A stretch of 33,944 nucleotides of DNA from a virus: the IMG/VR virus record IMGVR_UViG_3300045988_039608, positions 1 to 33,944 of that record. One strand, 5' to 3'. A model generated the notes under the pieces. The model was not told the DNA's origin and made no database searches. It was given only the letters and a program-made list of their open reading frames with translations. A program made the position numbers and the translations under genes. Shown here in pieces: positions 1 to 7,924 of the stretch (its first letter is position 1; every line of letters begins with the position of its first letter).

Positions 1-55
1 ATAGGACGGAAGAGGCAACGCTTTGTGACGGTAGAAAATTAATTGTTAAACCAGA
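1..55. repeat. Terminal overlap copy 1 (identical to 33890-33944)
   Basis: ATAGGACGGAAGAGGCAACGCTTTGTGACGGTAGAAAATTAATTGTTAAACCAGA is present at both ends. The fixed 55-bp length looks like an assembler k-mer closure rather than a biological terminal repeat. Confidence 0.95.
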
Positions 56-383
56 CATAATGGCAGATTTTAGAAATATGCCATATAAAGACGAAACATT
101 TCACCTTGTTATATTTGATCCACCACATTTATTAAGAGCTGGAGAAGAGTCATATCTGAAATTGAAGTATGGACGATTAGGGGAAGCATGGAAAGAAGAT
201 ATAAAGAAAGGCTTAGGAGAATGTTGGAGGGTGCTTAAAACAAATGGAACAATGATATTTAAATGGAATGAAGAGCAAATAACATTACCACAGGTAAAAA
301 AGCTGTTACCATGCGAGCCAATTATTGGACAACGAAGAGGAAAAACAATATGGTTAGTATTTTTTAAAAGTGAGGAAAAATGA
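1..383 (+). CDS. SAM-dependent DNA methyltransferase, C-terminal part (5'-partial in this window, first full codon at base 3)
   Basis: Contains VIFDPPHL, a (D/N/S)PP(Y/F/H)-type catalytic motif IV of amino-methyltransferases. Motif I comes before motif IV. The stop at 381-383 overlaps the next ATG (ATGA). Confidence 0.8.
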   Translation, partial: RTEEATLCDGRKLIVKPDIMADFRNMPYKDETFHLVIFDPPHLLRAGEESYLKLKYGRLGEAWKEDIKKGLGECWRVLKTNGTMIFKWNEEQITLPQVKKLLPCEPIIGQRRGKTIWLVFFKSEEK

Positions 384-469
384 ATATATGGGGACTATTC
401 GATGACGGAAACGGATGCTACAAACAAGCAGTAGATGAATTTAATATGAATGAGGGGGGGGCAGCATAA
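380..469 (+). other. 29-codon N-terminal fragment of the C5-methyltransferase-like gene, cut off by a frameshift in the G8 tract
   Basis: ATG at 380 is coupled (ATGA) to the upstream methyltransferase stop. It encodes MNIWGLFDDGNGCYKQAVDEFNMNEGGAA*. GLFDDGNG resembles the C5-MTase motif I glycine loop. Confidence 0.6.
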
Positions 470-1136
470 GATAATCTCCATAGGGATTGGGGATGCATGT
501 ATTAAGCAAGATTTGGCTGTTAATACATTACACCAACCAATGGCCCTATGGGATGTATTAGATAGATTAGAACCACCAGATGTAATTTTAGCTAGTCCAC
601 CATGTGAAAGCTGGAGCGTTGCAAGTGCCATGAAGGGCGGCAATGCATGTTGGAAGCAAGAACAAGGTATAACAACATCATTATTTGGAGGGTATGAAGA
701 AAGCAGTAAATTCACCATTAGGAATAAAGATGATTATAGTAACTATCAATTTAAATATGATAAATCATTTTTGACAAGAATAAACGGTGAAATGTGTATA
801 TACAACACGTTAAAAATCATTGATCACTATAAGCCAAAAATATTTGTTATAGAAAATCCTGCATATGGAAGGCTATGGGAATATATTGAAAATGTAATAG
901 GGTTCAATATCCCATATGAAAATCTGACATATTATAACAATTACGGATACCCAGTGCAGAAGGCAACAAAGTTTGGAAGCAACATAAATTTAAAGTTACG
1001 AAGTAAAAAGGTAAAAGGAAAGATTGGACTAAAGCATTACAACAATGGAGGTAATAGATATAATACCAGGTCAAATATTCCGATAGATTTAGTTAAAAGC
1101 ATATTGAAAGAATGTGAAGCATATATAAGTAGCTAG
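450..1136 (+). CDS. DNA (cytosine-5)-methyltransferase-like protein, main body (the full gene would be 380..1136 after frame correction)
   Basis: ILASPPCESWSVAS resembles motif IV (GPPCQxFSxAG). IFVIENPAYG resembles motif VI (ENV). NYGYPVQKATKF resembles motif VIII (GvPQxRxR). RSNIPIDLVKSI resembles motif X (GNAVPPxLaxxI). Confidence 0.6.
   Translation: MRGGQHKIISIGIGDACIKQDLAVNTLHQPMALWDVLDRLEPPDVILASPPCESWSVASAMKGGNACWKQEQGITTSLFGGYEESSKFTIRNKDDYSNYQFKYDKSFLTRINGEMCIYNTLKIIDHYKPKIFVIENPAYGRLWEYIENVIGFNIPYENLTYYNNYGYPVQKATKFGSNINLKLRSKKVKGKIGLKHYNNGGNRYNTRSNIPIDLVKSILKECEAYISS
454..461 (+). repeat. Homopolymeric G8 tract at the frameshift point
   Basis: Counted directly: tgaGGGGGGGGcagc. 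Removing one G (G7) or adding two (G10) fuses frame 380.. to frame 450..1136. Confidence 0.9.
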
Positions 1137-1147
1137 GAGGATAAGAA

Positions 1148-1411
1148 ATGCAAAGAAAGTGTCATAGATGTGATAGGTTATTTACACCAGATAGCCATAG
1201 CACATGGTATCCAGATTGTAGAGCAGGCAAACCAGTAAAGCCTAGAAAAACAAAGGAACAACTAGAGAAAGAACGTGAAGAACGATTAGAGAAAGCATTT
1301 AAATACACAAGATACTGTGTGCAGTGCGGAAAGAAATTTTATACTAACAAACAAAACAAAGTACTTTGTGGGGATTGGGTGTGTGAAGATAAACAACGGA
1401 AAGGGAAATAA
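1148..1411 (+). CDS. Small Cys-rich (zinc-ribbon-like) protein, function unknown
   Basis: RBS AGGAGG lies upstream. Cys pairs CHRC...C and CVQC...C..C are separated by a Lys/Glu-rich helix. Confidence 0.6.
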   Translation: MQRKCHRCDRLFTPDSHSTWYPDCRAGKPVKPRKTKEQLEKEREERLEKAFKYTRYCVQCGKKFYTNKQNKVLCGDWVCEDKQRKGK

Positions 1412-1413
1412 AG

Positions 1414-1911
1414 ATGAGAATACTAAGCATTGGATTTGGGGATAAAAAGAAAGTAAAGTATGAGAAAGCAAATAATACTGGTATTACTGAAACATATCAA
1501 TTAAGCACAGAGGACGATTTCAGACCAGAGATATTAGAAGCATATGTAAAAGCAAGAGCATTGGTATTTGAAATATTTAAAGTATTTAAGCTATTTGAAG
1601 AAGAGTGGATGAAGATTAAATCCATTAGCTTTAAATGGCATAAGGAAATGCCAAGGATAATTAATGAAGTAAAATATGTGCTTTTAATAACAAACAAAAA
1701 AGGGGATGAATGTACAATTAGCACTTCATGGCTTCCAGTAGATGAGGAAACACAAGACAAATTAATCCCATTGGTAGAAGAAATAGAAATGTTTGTAAGA
1801 GGGGCAAGAGCGCAGGGGAAACTATGGGAAGAAGAATTAGAAGCTGATGCGGTTGAGGGTGAAACATTTCACATCAATGATCTAGTAAAAGAAGGAGAAG
1901 AGAATGATTAA
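1414..1911 (+). CDS. Hypothetical early protein with an acidic C-terminus
   Basis: 165-aa ORF, packed tightly against its neighbours, with an RBS-like GGGAAA upstream. Confidence 0.55.
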   Translation: MRILSIGFGDKKKVKYEKANNTGITETYQLSTEDDFRPEILEAYVKARALVFEIFKVFKLFEEEWMKIKSISFKWHKEMPRIINEVKYVLLITNKKGDECTISTSWLPVDEETQDKLIPLVEEIEMFVRGARAQGKLWEEELEADAVEGETFHINDLVKEGEEND

Positions 1912-2254
1912 AAACCAATTAATTTATGTAGCACATCCATTTGGTGGAGATAAAGCTAATAAGTATTCCATTGATACAATTATGGAAAACTTAGTAATGC
2001 TAGATAAGAACAACACATATCTATCACCTCTTCACAATTTCAGCATGTTGTACTTTGATACACAGTATTCAAAAGGCTTAAAAATATGTTTGGACATGCT
2101 AAATAAATGTGATGCATTAGTATTATGTGGGGACTGGGAAACATCTAAAGGCTGCATTGGAGAATGGTCATTTGCAATAGCAAAAGGAATGCGAATATAT
2201 ACATGGAAAGAATGGACCGATAAATTAAAGGAACAGGGAGATAATAGCCGATGA
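1904..2254 (+). CDS. Nucleoside 2-deoxyribosyltransferase-fold protein (DUF4406/DUF1937-like)
   Basis: The N-terminal IYVAHPFGGD and C-terminal CDALVLCGDWETSKGCIGEWSFAIAKGMRIY match the pattern of this family as I recall it. Confidence 0.45.
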   Translation: MIKNQLIYVAHPFGGDKANKYSIDTIMENLVMLDKNNTYLSPLHNFSMLYFDTQYSKGLKICLDMLNKCDALVLCGDWETSKGCIGEWSFAIAKGMRIYTWKEWTDKLKEQGDNSR

Positions 2255-2676
2255 CAGGAAGGGAATATTTAAATCAGATACGTGATACTGATTTGAATAT
2301 CAAATGTAAGGAAAGAGAAGTGTTAAGGCTGCAACAAGATATAATGTATCTGCAAGCAATTGACTATAGCAAAGACATTGTAAGCGGAGGGCAACCGATT
2401 ACCTTTGAAGATAAGATAGCAAACATTGATGCACTATCAAATGAACTAATGAGAGAATGGAGTTCATACCTAAGAGAAAGGGAAAGAGCAAGATTTCTTA
2501 TTAATGCCATACCTAGTTCAAAACAAAAGAGCGTACTGATTGATAGATATGTTAATGGGCATACATGGGAAAAGGTGGCAGCATTAATTGGCTGTTCAGT
2601 GCAAAACATTCATAACCTACATAAAAGAGCAATTAGAAACTTTGAAGAAATTTTCAAAAAGGTTGATAGTATTTGA
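2251..2676 (+). CDS. Sigma-70 region-4-like / DUF1492-type phage transcriptional regulator (probable late-gene activator)
   Basis: C-terminal HTH SVLIDRYVNGHTWEKVAALIGCSVQNIHNLHKRAIRNFEE. It sits immediately before the packaging and late operon. Confidence 0.6.
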   Translation: MTGREYLNQIRDTDLNIKCKEREVLRLQQDIMYLQAIDYSKDIVSGGQPITFEDKIANIDALSNELMREWSSYLRERERARFLINAIPSSKQKSVLIDRYVNGHTWEKVAALIGCSVQNIHNLHKRAIRNFEEIFKKVDSI

Positions 2677-2701
2677 CTATGAATTTATGGGATACTATAT
2701 G
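2673..2701 (+). promoter_or_regulatory. Candidate promoter (TTGACT-17-TATATG) at the end of the regulator gene
   Basis: -35 at 2673-2678, 17-nt spacer, -10 at 2696-2701. The -10 is imperfect. Confidence 0.25.
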
Positions 2702-2760
2702 TGGGCATGGATGAAGAGAACACTTTCAACAAGCCTCCTAGAAAAACTACACACTATTAA

Positions 2761-2812
2761 GGACTACATCATACACAGGTCGCACAACACAGTATGATGC
2801 GGTCCTTTTTAG
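2761..2812 (+). terminator. Rho-independent terminator between the early block and the late operon
   Basis: GGACTACATCATA (2761-2773) pairs with TATGATGCGGTCC (2793-2805), one mismatch and one wobble, followed by TTTTT. Confidence 0.6.
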
Positions 2813-2829
2813 TTTATAAGGGGTATTTG

Positions 2830-3123
2830 ATGAAGCATAAAAGAATTACATCCAAGAGAACGATACAAGAAGTTCGCAAGACATATTGTGAAATATGCGG
2901 ACAAAAAACAAATATAGAACCACATCATATTAATACACGTGGAAGCGGTGGCGGAGATATTAAGGAGAACTTAATACAACTCTGTACACAATGCCATATC
3001 AATACACATAGTGGCCAATATCCAACCAAAGATGATTGCTTGAATAAAGTAGCAGAGCGTGAAGGTATTACATATGATGAAGCATATGTAATTAATCGTA
3101 GAGCAATGGGATATGATGTATGA
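2830..3123 (+). CDS. HNH endonuclease
   Basis: CEICGQ...EPHHINTRGSGGGDIKENLIQLCTQCHINTHSG (HNH/His-Me finger). I chose ATG 2830 because the longer ORF from 2794 overlaps the terminator hairpin. Confidence 0.75.
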   Translation: MKHKRITSKRTIQEVRKTYCEICGQKTNIEPHHINTRGSGGGDIKENLIQLCTQCHINTHSGQYPTKDDCLNKVAEREGITYDEAYVINRRAMGYDV

Positions 3124-3311
3124 CTAGGATATGTTGTAATAGGGATAGATGCTTAAATAATAAATATGGCATCTGCACTGCAGATACAATTGAATATGAA
3201 GGGATATGTAAAAGCTACATTACAACTAATGATGCAAGAAAACCCAATTGTGGATTATGTAGAAGAACGCATGGGAAGTTAAAGCGTAATAGTAATATGG
3301 TATTGAAGTAG
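3120..3311 (+). CDS. Small Cys-rich protein (DUF1540-like spacing)
   Basis: ATGA overlap with the preceding stop. ICCNRDRCLNNKYGICTADTIEYEGICKSY has the C-x4-C...C...C arrangement. Confidence 0.4.
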   Translation: MTRICCNRDRCLNNKYGICTADTIEYEGICKSYITTNDARKPNCGLCRRTHGKLKRNSNMVLK

Positions 3312-3321
3312 AGGTGATGCA

Positions 3322-3717
3322 ATGCTAAAAGCATGTAGCTATTGTGGAGGAATACATGAAGGAGAATGTCCACATAAACCAAAGCGCAACTACAAGCAGG
3401 AGCATGCAAATGCATCTGATAGCAGAAAGAAAGAACGGAAGTTCAGAAGCAGTGTTGAATGGCAAGACTGCAGAAGAAATATATTAGATCGTGATAAGCA
3501 TCTGTGTAGACTATGCTTGCACGAAGATAATTATATTAGTGTAGGACAACGCTTAGATGTTCATCACATTGAGCCATTACATGAAGCATGGAAGAAACGT
3601 ACTGATGAAAAGAACTTGATTACATTATGTAAGATGCATCATCACAAAGCGGACCATGGAGAATATAAGAGGGAGTACTTGAAAAAAATAATTAGTACCC
3701 CCCCTACCATAAAATAA
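3322..3717 (+). CDS. HNH endonuclease (terminase-associated type)
   Basis: CRLC...DVHHIEPLHEAWKKRTDEKNLITLCKMHHHKADHG. It lies directly upstream of the cos-like intergenic region and terS. Confidence 0.8.
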   Translation: MLKACSYCGGIHEGECPHKPKRNYKQEHANASDSRKKERKFRSSVEWQDCRRNILDRDKHLCRLCLHEDNYISVGQRLDVHHIEPLHEAWKKRTDEKNLITLCKMHHHKADHGEYKREYLKKIISTPPTIK

Positions 3718-3786
3718 ATTTTTTACAAAAAAGTCCAAGACCGTACTGCTCACCACAATTTACACAATTTTCCCTAATGGGACATG

Positions 3787-3796
3787 CGTGCGCACG
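3787..3796. promoter_or_regulatory. GC-rich perfect palindrome CGTGCGCACG in the HNH-terS intergenic region; candidate cos / terminase recognition element
   Basis: It is the only GC-rich island in the AT-rich 147-bp gap 3718-3864 and is followed by the AT-rich run AATATATATTTATTTATATA. Confidence 0.35.
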
Positions 3797-3864
3797 TGAA
3801 TATATATTTATTTATATAGGGACTATACAAGGATGCTGCAAGGCAGAGGAAAGGAGGTGGACAC

Positions 3865-4326
3865 ATGAGAAAAGCTGTATCAGCAAGGACTACAAAGAAG
3901 CACTTAACAAAGGCAGAAAAAGAAAAACGTATTGCTGTAGAAAATGCATTTATTGATGATGCGGAAATAGAACCGCCAAGCTATCTAACTAAAACACAAC
4001 TAGAAGCATTTCACTTTATTGTTGATGCATTAAGGCAAGCTAAAGTATTAAGCAAATTAGACACACAAACAATAATTCAAGCGAGCGTGGCTATTGATAT
4101 GTTACACACTGCAAATAAGCGTGTGGCAAAAAGACCAACACTTGCAATTGATAGAGAATTTGTAGCAACACAAGAGAAGCTGGTGAGAACATATTTAAAA
4201 TTATGTGATGAATTGTGTCTATCTCCACAATCTAGGGCGAAGCTTGGAGTGCTTGTAGCTAATCAAAAAGAAGAGGAACAAGATCCATTGCTTAATGTAC
4301 TGCAAGGGGGTGTATTGAGTGGATAA
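3865..4326 (+). CDS. terS: Terminase small subunit (P27-family-like)
   Basis: 153 aa with a strong RBS (AAAGGAGGTG). It overlaps the terL start, and its size and position are typical. Confidence 0.6.
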   Translation: MRKAVSARTTKKHLTKAEKEKRIAVENAFIDDAEIEPPSYLTKTQLEAFHFIVDALRQAKVLSKLDTQTIIQASVAIDMLHTANKRVAKRPTLAIDREFVATQEKLVRTYLKLCDELCLSPQSRAKLGVLVANQKEEEQDPLLNVLQGGVLSG

Positions 4327-6016
4327 AAAACATCCTGCCTATCAGTACGCAATGGACGTTGCAAAAGGGACTATCAATGCACCAAAGTATGTAAAATTAC
4401 AGGTTAAAGAGTTCTTAAATATTGCAAATAATAAGGATAGACAGTACATTATTGATGATAATAAGGTACGAACTATTGGAGAATTATTGAAATTATTAAT
4501 AATGCCTAAAGGGTTAAAGGCGAATATCACAGTATATGATGCCATGGCAGGGTTCCAATGGTTCTTTATAACTGCAATATTATGTACAGTTGAACGTAAC
4601 AATAAAGACAAAAGACGATATGAAAACGCAATACTTGAGATATGCAGAAAGAATGGCAAGACATTTATAATTGCTATTCTTTTTATTTTGCTATTTTTCA
4701 TGGAGCCTAAGTTTTCTAAGTTCTATTCTGTAGCGCCAGACGGCTCATTATCACGTGAGATAAAAACAGCAATAGAAGAAATATTGCGTAGTAGTCCTGC
4801 CATGCTAGGAAAGATGAATGGCAAGGAAAAGTTTAAAATGCTACGTGATTATATTCATTGCAATATTACAGATAATAGATATATTCCGCTTAACTATTCA
4901 ACAGGGCGACTTGACGGTAAATTGCCAAGTGTATTTCTAGTAGATGAAACAGGAGCCTTACCAAATACATATGCAATTGAAGCAATGCGTTCTGGGCAAT
5001 TAACAATACTAAATAAACTAGGATTTATAATTTCCACTAAATACCCAACTTTAAACAACCCTTTTGAAGATGAAGTTGATTATGCTAAGCGTGTATTAAA
5101 TGGCGCAGTAGATGATGATAAAGTATTTGCATTGTTATATGAGCCAGATGATACAAAAGGTTGGGCAACGAATGATGAAGTATTAGAGCAAAGCAATCCA
5201 TTGGCTATTGAAGTAACAGAAATCATGGAAGATTTGAAAGCAAAACGGCAAGTAGCTATTGAGATTGAAAGTAAGCGTGAAAACTTTATTACAAAACACT
5301 GCAACATCATATATAGCGGTGCTGGCAGTGAAAGCTTTGTAAATGTTGCTGACTTACAAAAAGGTGCAGTAGATCATATTGATTGGAATGGACGTGAAGT
5401 ATTCCTTGGTGTTGACTTAGCTTTATCTACAGATAACTGTGCTGTAGATATGGTTGCATATGACGAGGATGAGGGCAAAGTATATTGGGATGCAATGGCG
5501 TTTATTCCAGAAGATAGGGTGGACGAAAAATCAAAACTAGAACGCATTCCATATCGTGATTTTATTAATGCTTGCTATTGCATTGCGTGTGGCAATCGTA
5601 CTGTAGATTATGGGGCAATCGAACGCTACATAATGCAAATAGAAGCTAAATATGGGGTTACTGTAATGGGTATTGGCTATGATAGGTGGAATGCCTTATC
5701 AACCGCTCAAAAGTTAGAAGATGCTGGCTATACAATGGTAGAAATTAAGCAACATTCTAGTGTATTACATCCTGCTACTAAATGGCTTGCAGAGTTAGTT
5801 GCAGAAGGCAATTTAGTGTATGAAAAAGGGAATAAGTTACTAGAAATTAACTTTGAAAATTCAAGATGTGTATATGACACAAATATGAACCGCTATGTAA
5901 ATAAAAAGAAATCAAGGGGCAAGGTTGATATGGTAGTGGCAGGGATTAATGCTATGTATCTGTTACACCAAAACTACATGCTAAATAGCGCATTAGATTG
6001 GGTAGTACAAATGTAG
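4319..6016 (+). CDS. terL: Terminase large subunit (Terminase_1-like)
   Basis: 565 aa. Walker A-like RKNGKTF and Walker B-like SVFLVDE. GTG start overlaps the terS stop. Confidence 0.85.
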   Translation: MDKKHPAYQYAMDVAKGTINAPKYVKLQVKEFLNIANNKDRQYIIDDNKVRTIGELLKLLIMPKGLKANITVYDAMAGFQWFFITAILCTVERNNKDKRRYENAILEICRKNGKTFIIAILFILLFFMEPKFSKFYSVAPDGSLSREIKTAIEEILRSSPAMLGKMNGKEKFKMLRDYIHCNITDNRYIPLNYSTGRLDGKLPSVFLVDETGALPNTYAIEAMRSGQLTILNKLGFIISTKYPTLNNPFEDEVDYAKRVLNGAVDDDKVFALLYEPDDTKGWATNDEVLEQSNPLAIEVTEIMEDLKAKRQVAIEIESKRENFITKHCNIIYSGAGSESFVNVADLQKGAVDHIDWNGREVFLGVDLALSTDNCAVDMVAYDEDEGKVYWDAMAFIPEDRVDEKSKLERIPYRDFINACYCIACGNRTVDYGAIERYIMQIEAKYGVTVMGIGYDRWNALSTAQKLEDAGYTMVEIKQHSSVLHPATKWLAELVAEGNLVYEKGNKLLEINFENSRCVYDTNMNRYVNKKKSRGKVDMVVAGINAMYLLHQNYMLNSALDWVVQM

Positions 6017-6031
6017 AAAGGAGGTGAGAAA

Positions 6032-7282
6032 TTGAGTTGGGTTAAAAGTTTATTTGGATATGAAGTTAGGGAAGAGCAAGTATTAAATGAAAACTCATTC
6101 ATTGATACTGCAGATGATATTGATTTAAACCTTCCAAGCTATGATGCAACTACACGAGTAACAAGGCAGCAGGCTTTATCTGTGCCTGCAGTAGCAAGTG
6201 CATTATTTCTTATATCTGGGATTATTGCTGGTATTCCTGTACGAATGTATAAACGTGAAGGAAATACAATTGCAGAAATATTAGATGATGAACGGATTAA
6301 GTTGTTAAACATTGAAACTAATTCTATTCTTGGGGCATATGAAACAAAGCAAGCCATGATTAATGATCTAATTATGGAGGGGGCATGCTACTGTTATATT
6401 GGTAAGAATGGGAACAATGCAGAGTCATTACAGTACTTACCTAAACATAGAGTAAGCCTGTTAGATAACGGAAAGCTTATTGATAGACAAATATATTATT
6501 TAGTTGACGGAAACTATTATGATAATTTCAATATTATGAGTGCCGTGAGGAATTGTAGTGACGGAGTTCATGGGCGTGGATTATTAGATGATAATGCTAT
6601 GCATATTTCCAGTATGTACAATGCGCTTGTATATGAGAATGGAGTAATCAGCAAAGGTGTACGGAAAGGCTTCCTAAAATCGGAAGGAAGATTGACTGTA
6701 AAGGCCTTGGAAGCACTAAAAAAAGCTTGGAGATATATGACTTCTAAGCTTGGAACAAGTGATGTAATAGTACTGAATAAAGGGATTACATTTGAAAGTG
6801 CAGATAGTACAGCGGTAGAAAATCAACTTAATGAAAGTAAACAGACAAATGCGGACTTAATTTATAAAATATTTGGATTTACAGACAAAACTTTTATAGA
6901 TGAGAAAGCATTTAATATTTTTGTTAAGACAACGATAATGCCAATAGTAAACTGCTTCATTGAAGCTATTAATAGATCCTTATTGTTAGAAACAGAAAAA
7001 GGAAGCTACTATTTTAACTTGGATATGAACGATTTATTAAAAGCTGATATGTTGACACGCTTCAATGCCTATAAAACAGCACTTGAAAGTAATTGGATTA
7101 ATGTTGATGAAATCCGTAAGCGTGAAGATTTATCACCAATGGGTATTGATTTTGTGAGCATGAATTTAGCGAATGTATTCTATTACCCAAAAACTAAGAA
7201 AGTTTACACACCAAATACAGGTGCATTTGGGGATTTGACTACATTAAAAGCAGAGAAAGGAGGTGAGAATAGTGAAAGTTGA
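6032..7282 (+). CDS. Portal protein (HK97-family-like)
   Basis: 416 aa immediately after terL, with a TTG start preceded by AAAGGAGGTG. It sits in the portal position ahead of protease and capsid. Confidence 0.8.
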   Translation: MSWVKSLFGYEVREEQVLNENSFIDTADDIDLNLPSYDATTRVTRQQALSVPAVASALFLISGIIAGIPVRMYKREGNTIAEILDDERIKLLNIETNSILGAYETKQAMINDLIMEGACYCYIGKNGNNAESLQYLPKHRVSLLDNGKLIDRQIYYLVDGNYYDNFNIMSAVRNCSDGVHGRGLLDDNAMHISSMYNALVYENGVISKGVRKGFLKSEGRLTVKALEALKKAWRYMTSKLGTSDVIVLNKGITFESADSTAVENQLNESKQTNADLIYKIFGFTDKTFIDEKAFNIFVKTTIMPIVNCFIEAINRSLLLETEKGSYYFNLDMNDLLKADMLTRFNAYKTALESNWINVDEIRKREDLSPMGIDFVSMNLANVFYYPKTKKVYTPNTGAFGDLTTLKAEKGGENSES

Positions 7283-7874
7283 AGTACGTAATGGCGCTGC
7301 CACTATTGAGGGTTATGTAAATGTAACAGAACGATTAAGCAAGCCAATCCGTGATGTAAGAGGTAATTTTCTTGAAAAAGTAGCACAGGGAGCATTTAAT
7401 TCTGCATTACAACGCAATAATAATGTAGAATTGCGTTTTAATCACCGCAAAAAATTAGGGGACCAAAAAGACGGTTCGCTTGAATTGCGTGAGGATAGCA
7501 TAGGATTATACGCAAAAGCAACTGTGACTGATGAGGAAGTGGTAGAACTAGCAGAGAAAAGACAGTTAAAGGGCTGGTCCTTTGGGTTTAAGAAGCTAGA
7601 AGATGAATGGGAAAAACAGGATAATATGCCAGAAATTCGCACACTAAAAGAAATTGATATGAGCGAAGTTAGCATTTTATCTGTTAATCCTGCATACATT
7701 GCAACTTCTATTAGTGTGCGTTCTGATGCGGAGGAAGATTTACTAGAATGTAGATCCAATGAAAACGCAACAGGGGAATTAGAATATGATATTGAAGAAC
7801 GTAGTAAGACTGATGATAAGAAAGAAACCAGCAACGAAAAATATCATGATATTTTAAATAAAATGAAAGCTTAG
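7272..7874 (+). CDS. Prohead maturation protease (HK97 / S78-like)
   Basis: VKVEVRNGAATIEGYVNV... sits between the portal and capsid genes. GTG 7272 is better spaced from the GGAGG RBS than GTG 7263. Confidence 0.7.
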   Translation: MKVEVRNGAATIEGYVNVTERLSKPIRDVRGNFLEKVAQGAFNSALQRNNNVELRFNHRKKLGDQKDGSLELREDSIGLYAKATVTDEEVVELAEKRQLKGWSFGFKKLEDEWEKQDNMPEIRTLKEIDMSEVSILSVNPAYIATSISVRSDAEEDLLECRSNENATGELEYDIEERSKTDDKKETSNEKYHDILNKMKA

Positions 7875-7900
7875 CATCCATTTGTATGGATGCTTTTTTA
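7873..7900 (+). terminator. Intrinsic terminator-like hairpin directly upstream of the capsid gene
   Basis: AGCATCCA (7873-7880), loop TTTGTA, TGGATGCT (7887-7894), then a T-run. Confidence 0.6.
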
Positions 7901-7924
7901 TTACAGAAAAGAGGACAGTGTAAT

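Noticed and set aside
395-718. 107-aa ORF on the minus strand inside the C5-MTase-like gene
   Set aside because: It is antisense to a gene with clear methyltransferase motifs, has no RBS, and its composition is low-complexity and hydrophobic, typical of antisense frames.
2588-2797. 69-aa + strand ORF overlapping the end of the sigma-like regulator
   Set aside because: It overlaps a motif-bearing gene out of frame, runs through the terminator hairpin, and has no RBS.
2794-2829. Longer N-terminal extension of the first HNH gene (start at 2794)
   Set aside because: The extension lies inside the terminator stem and T-run. ATG 2830 has an AAGGGG RBS at proper spacing.
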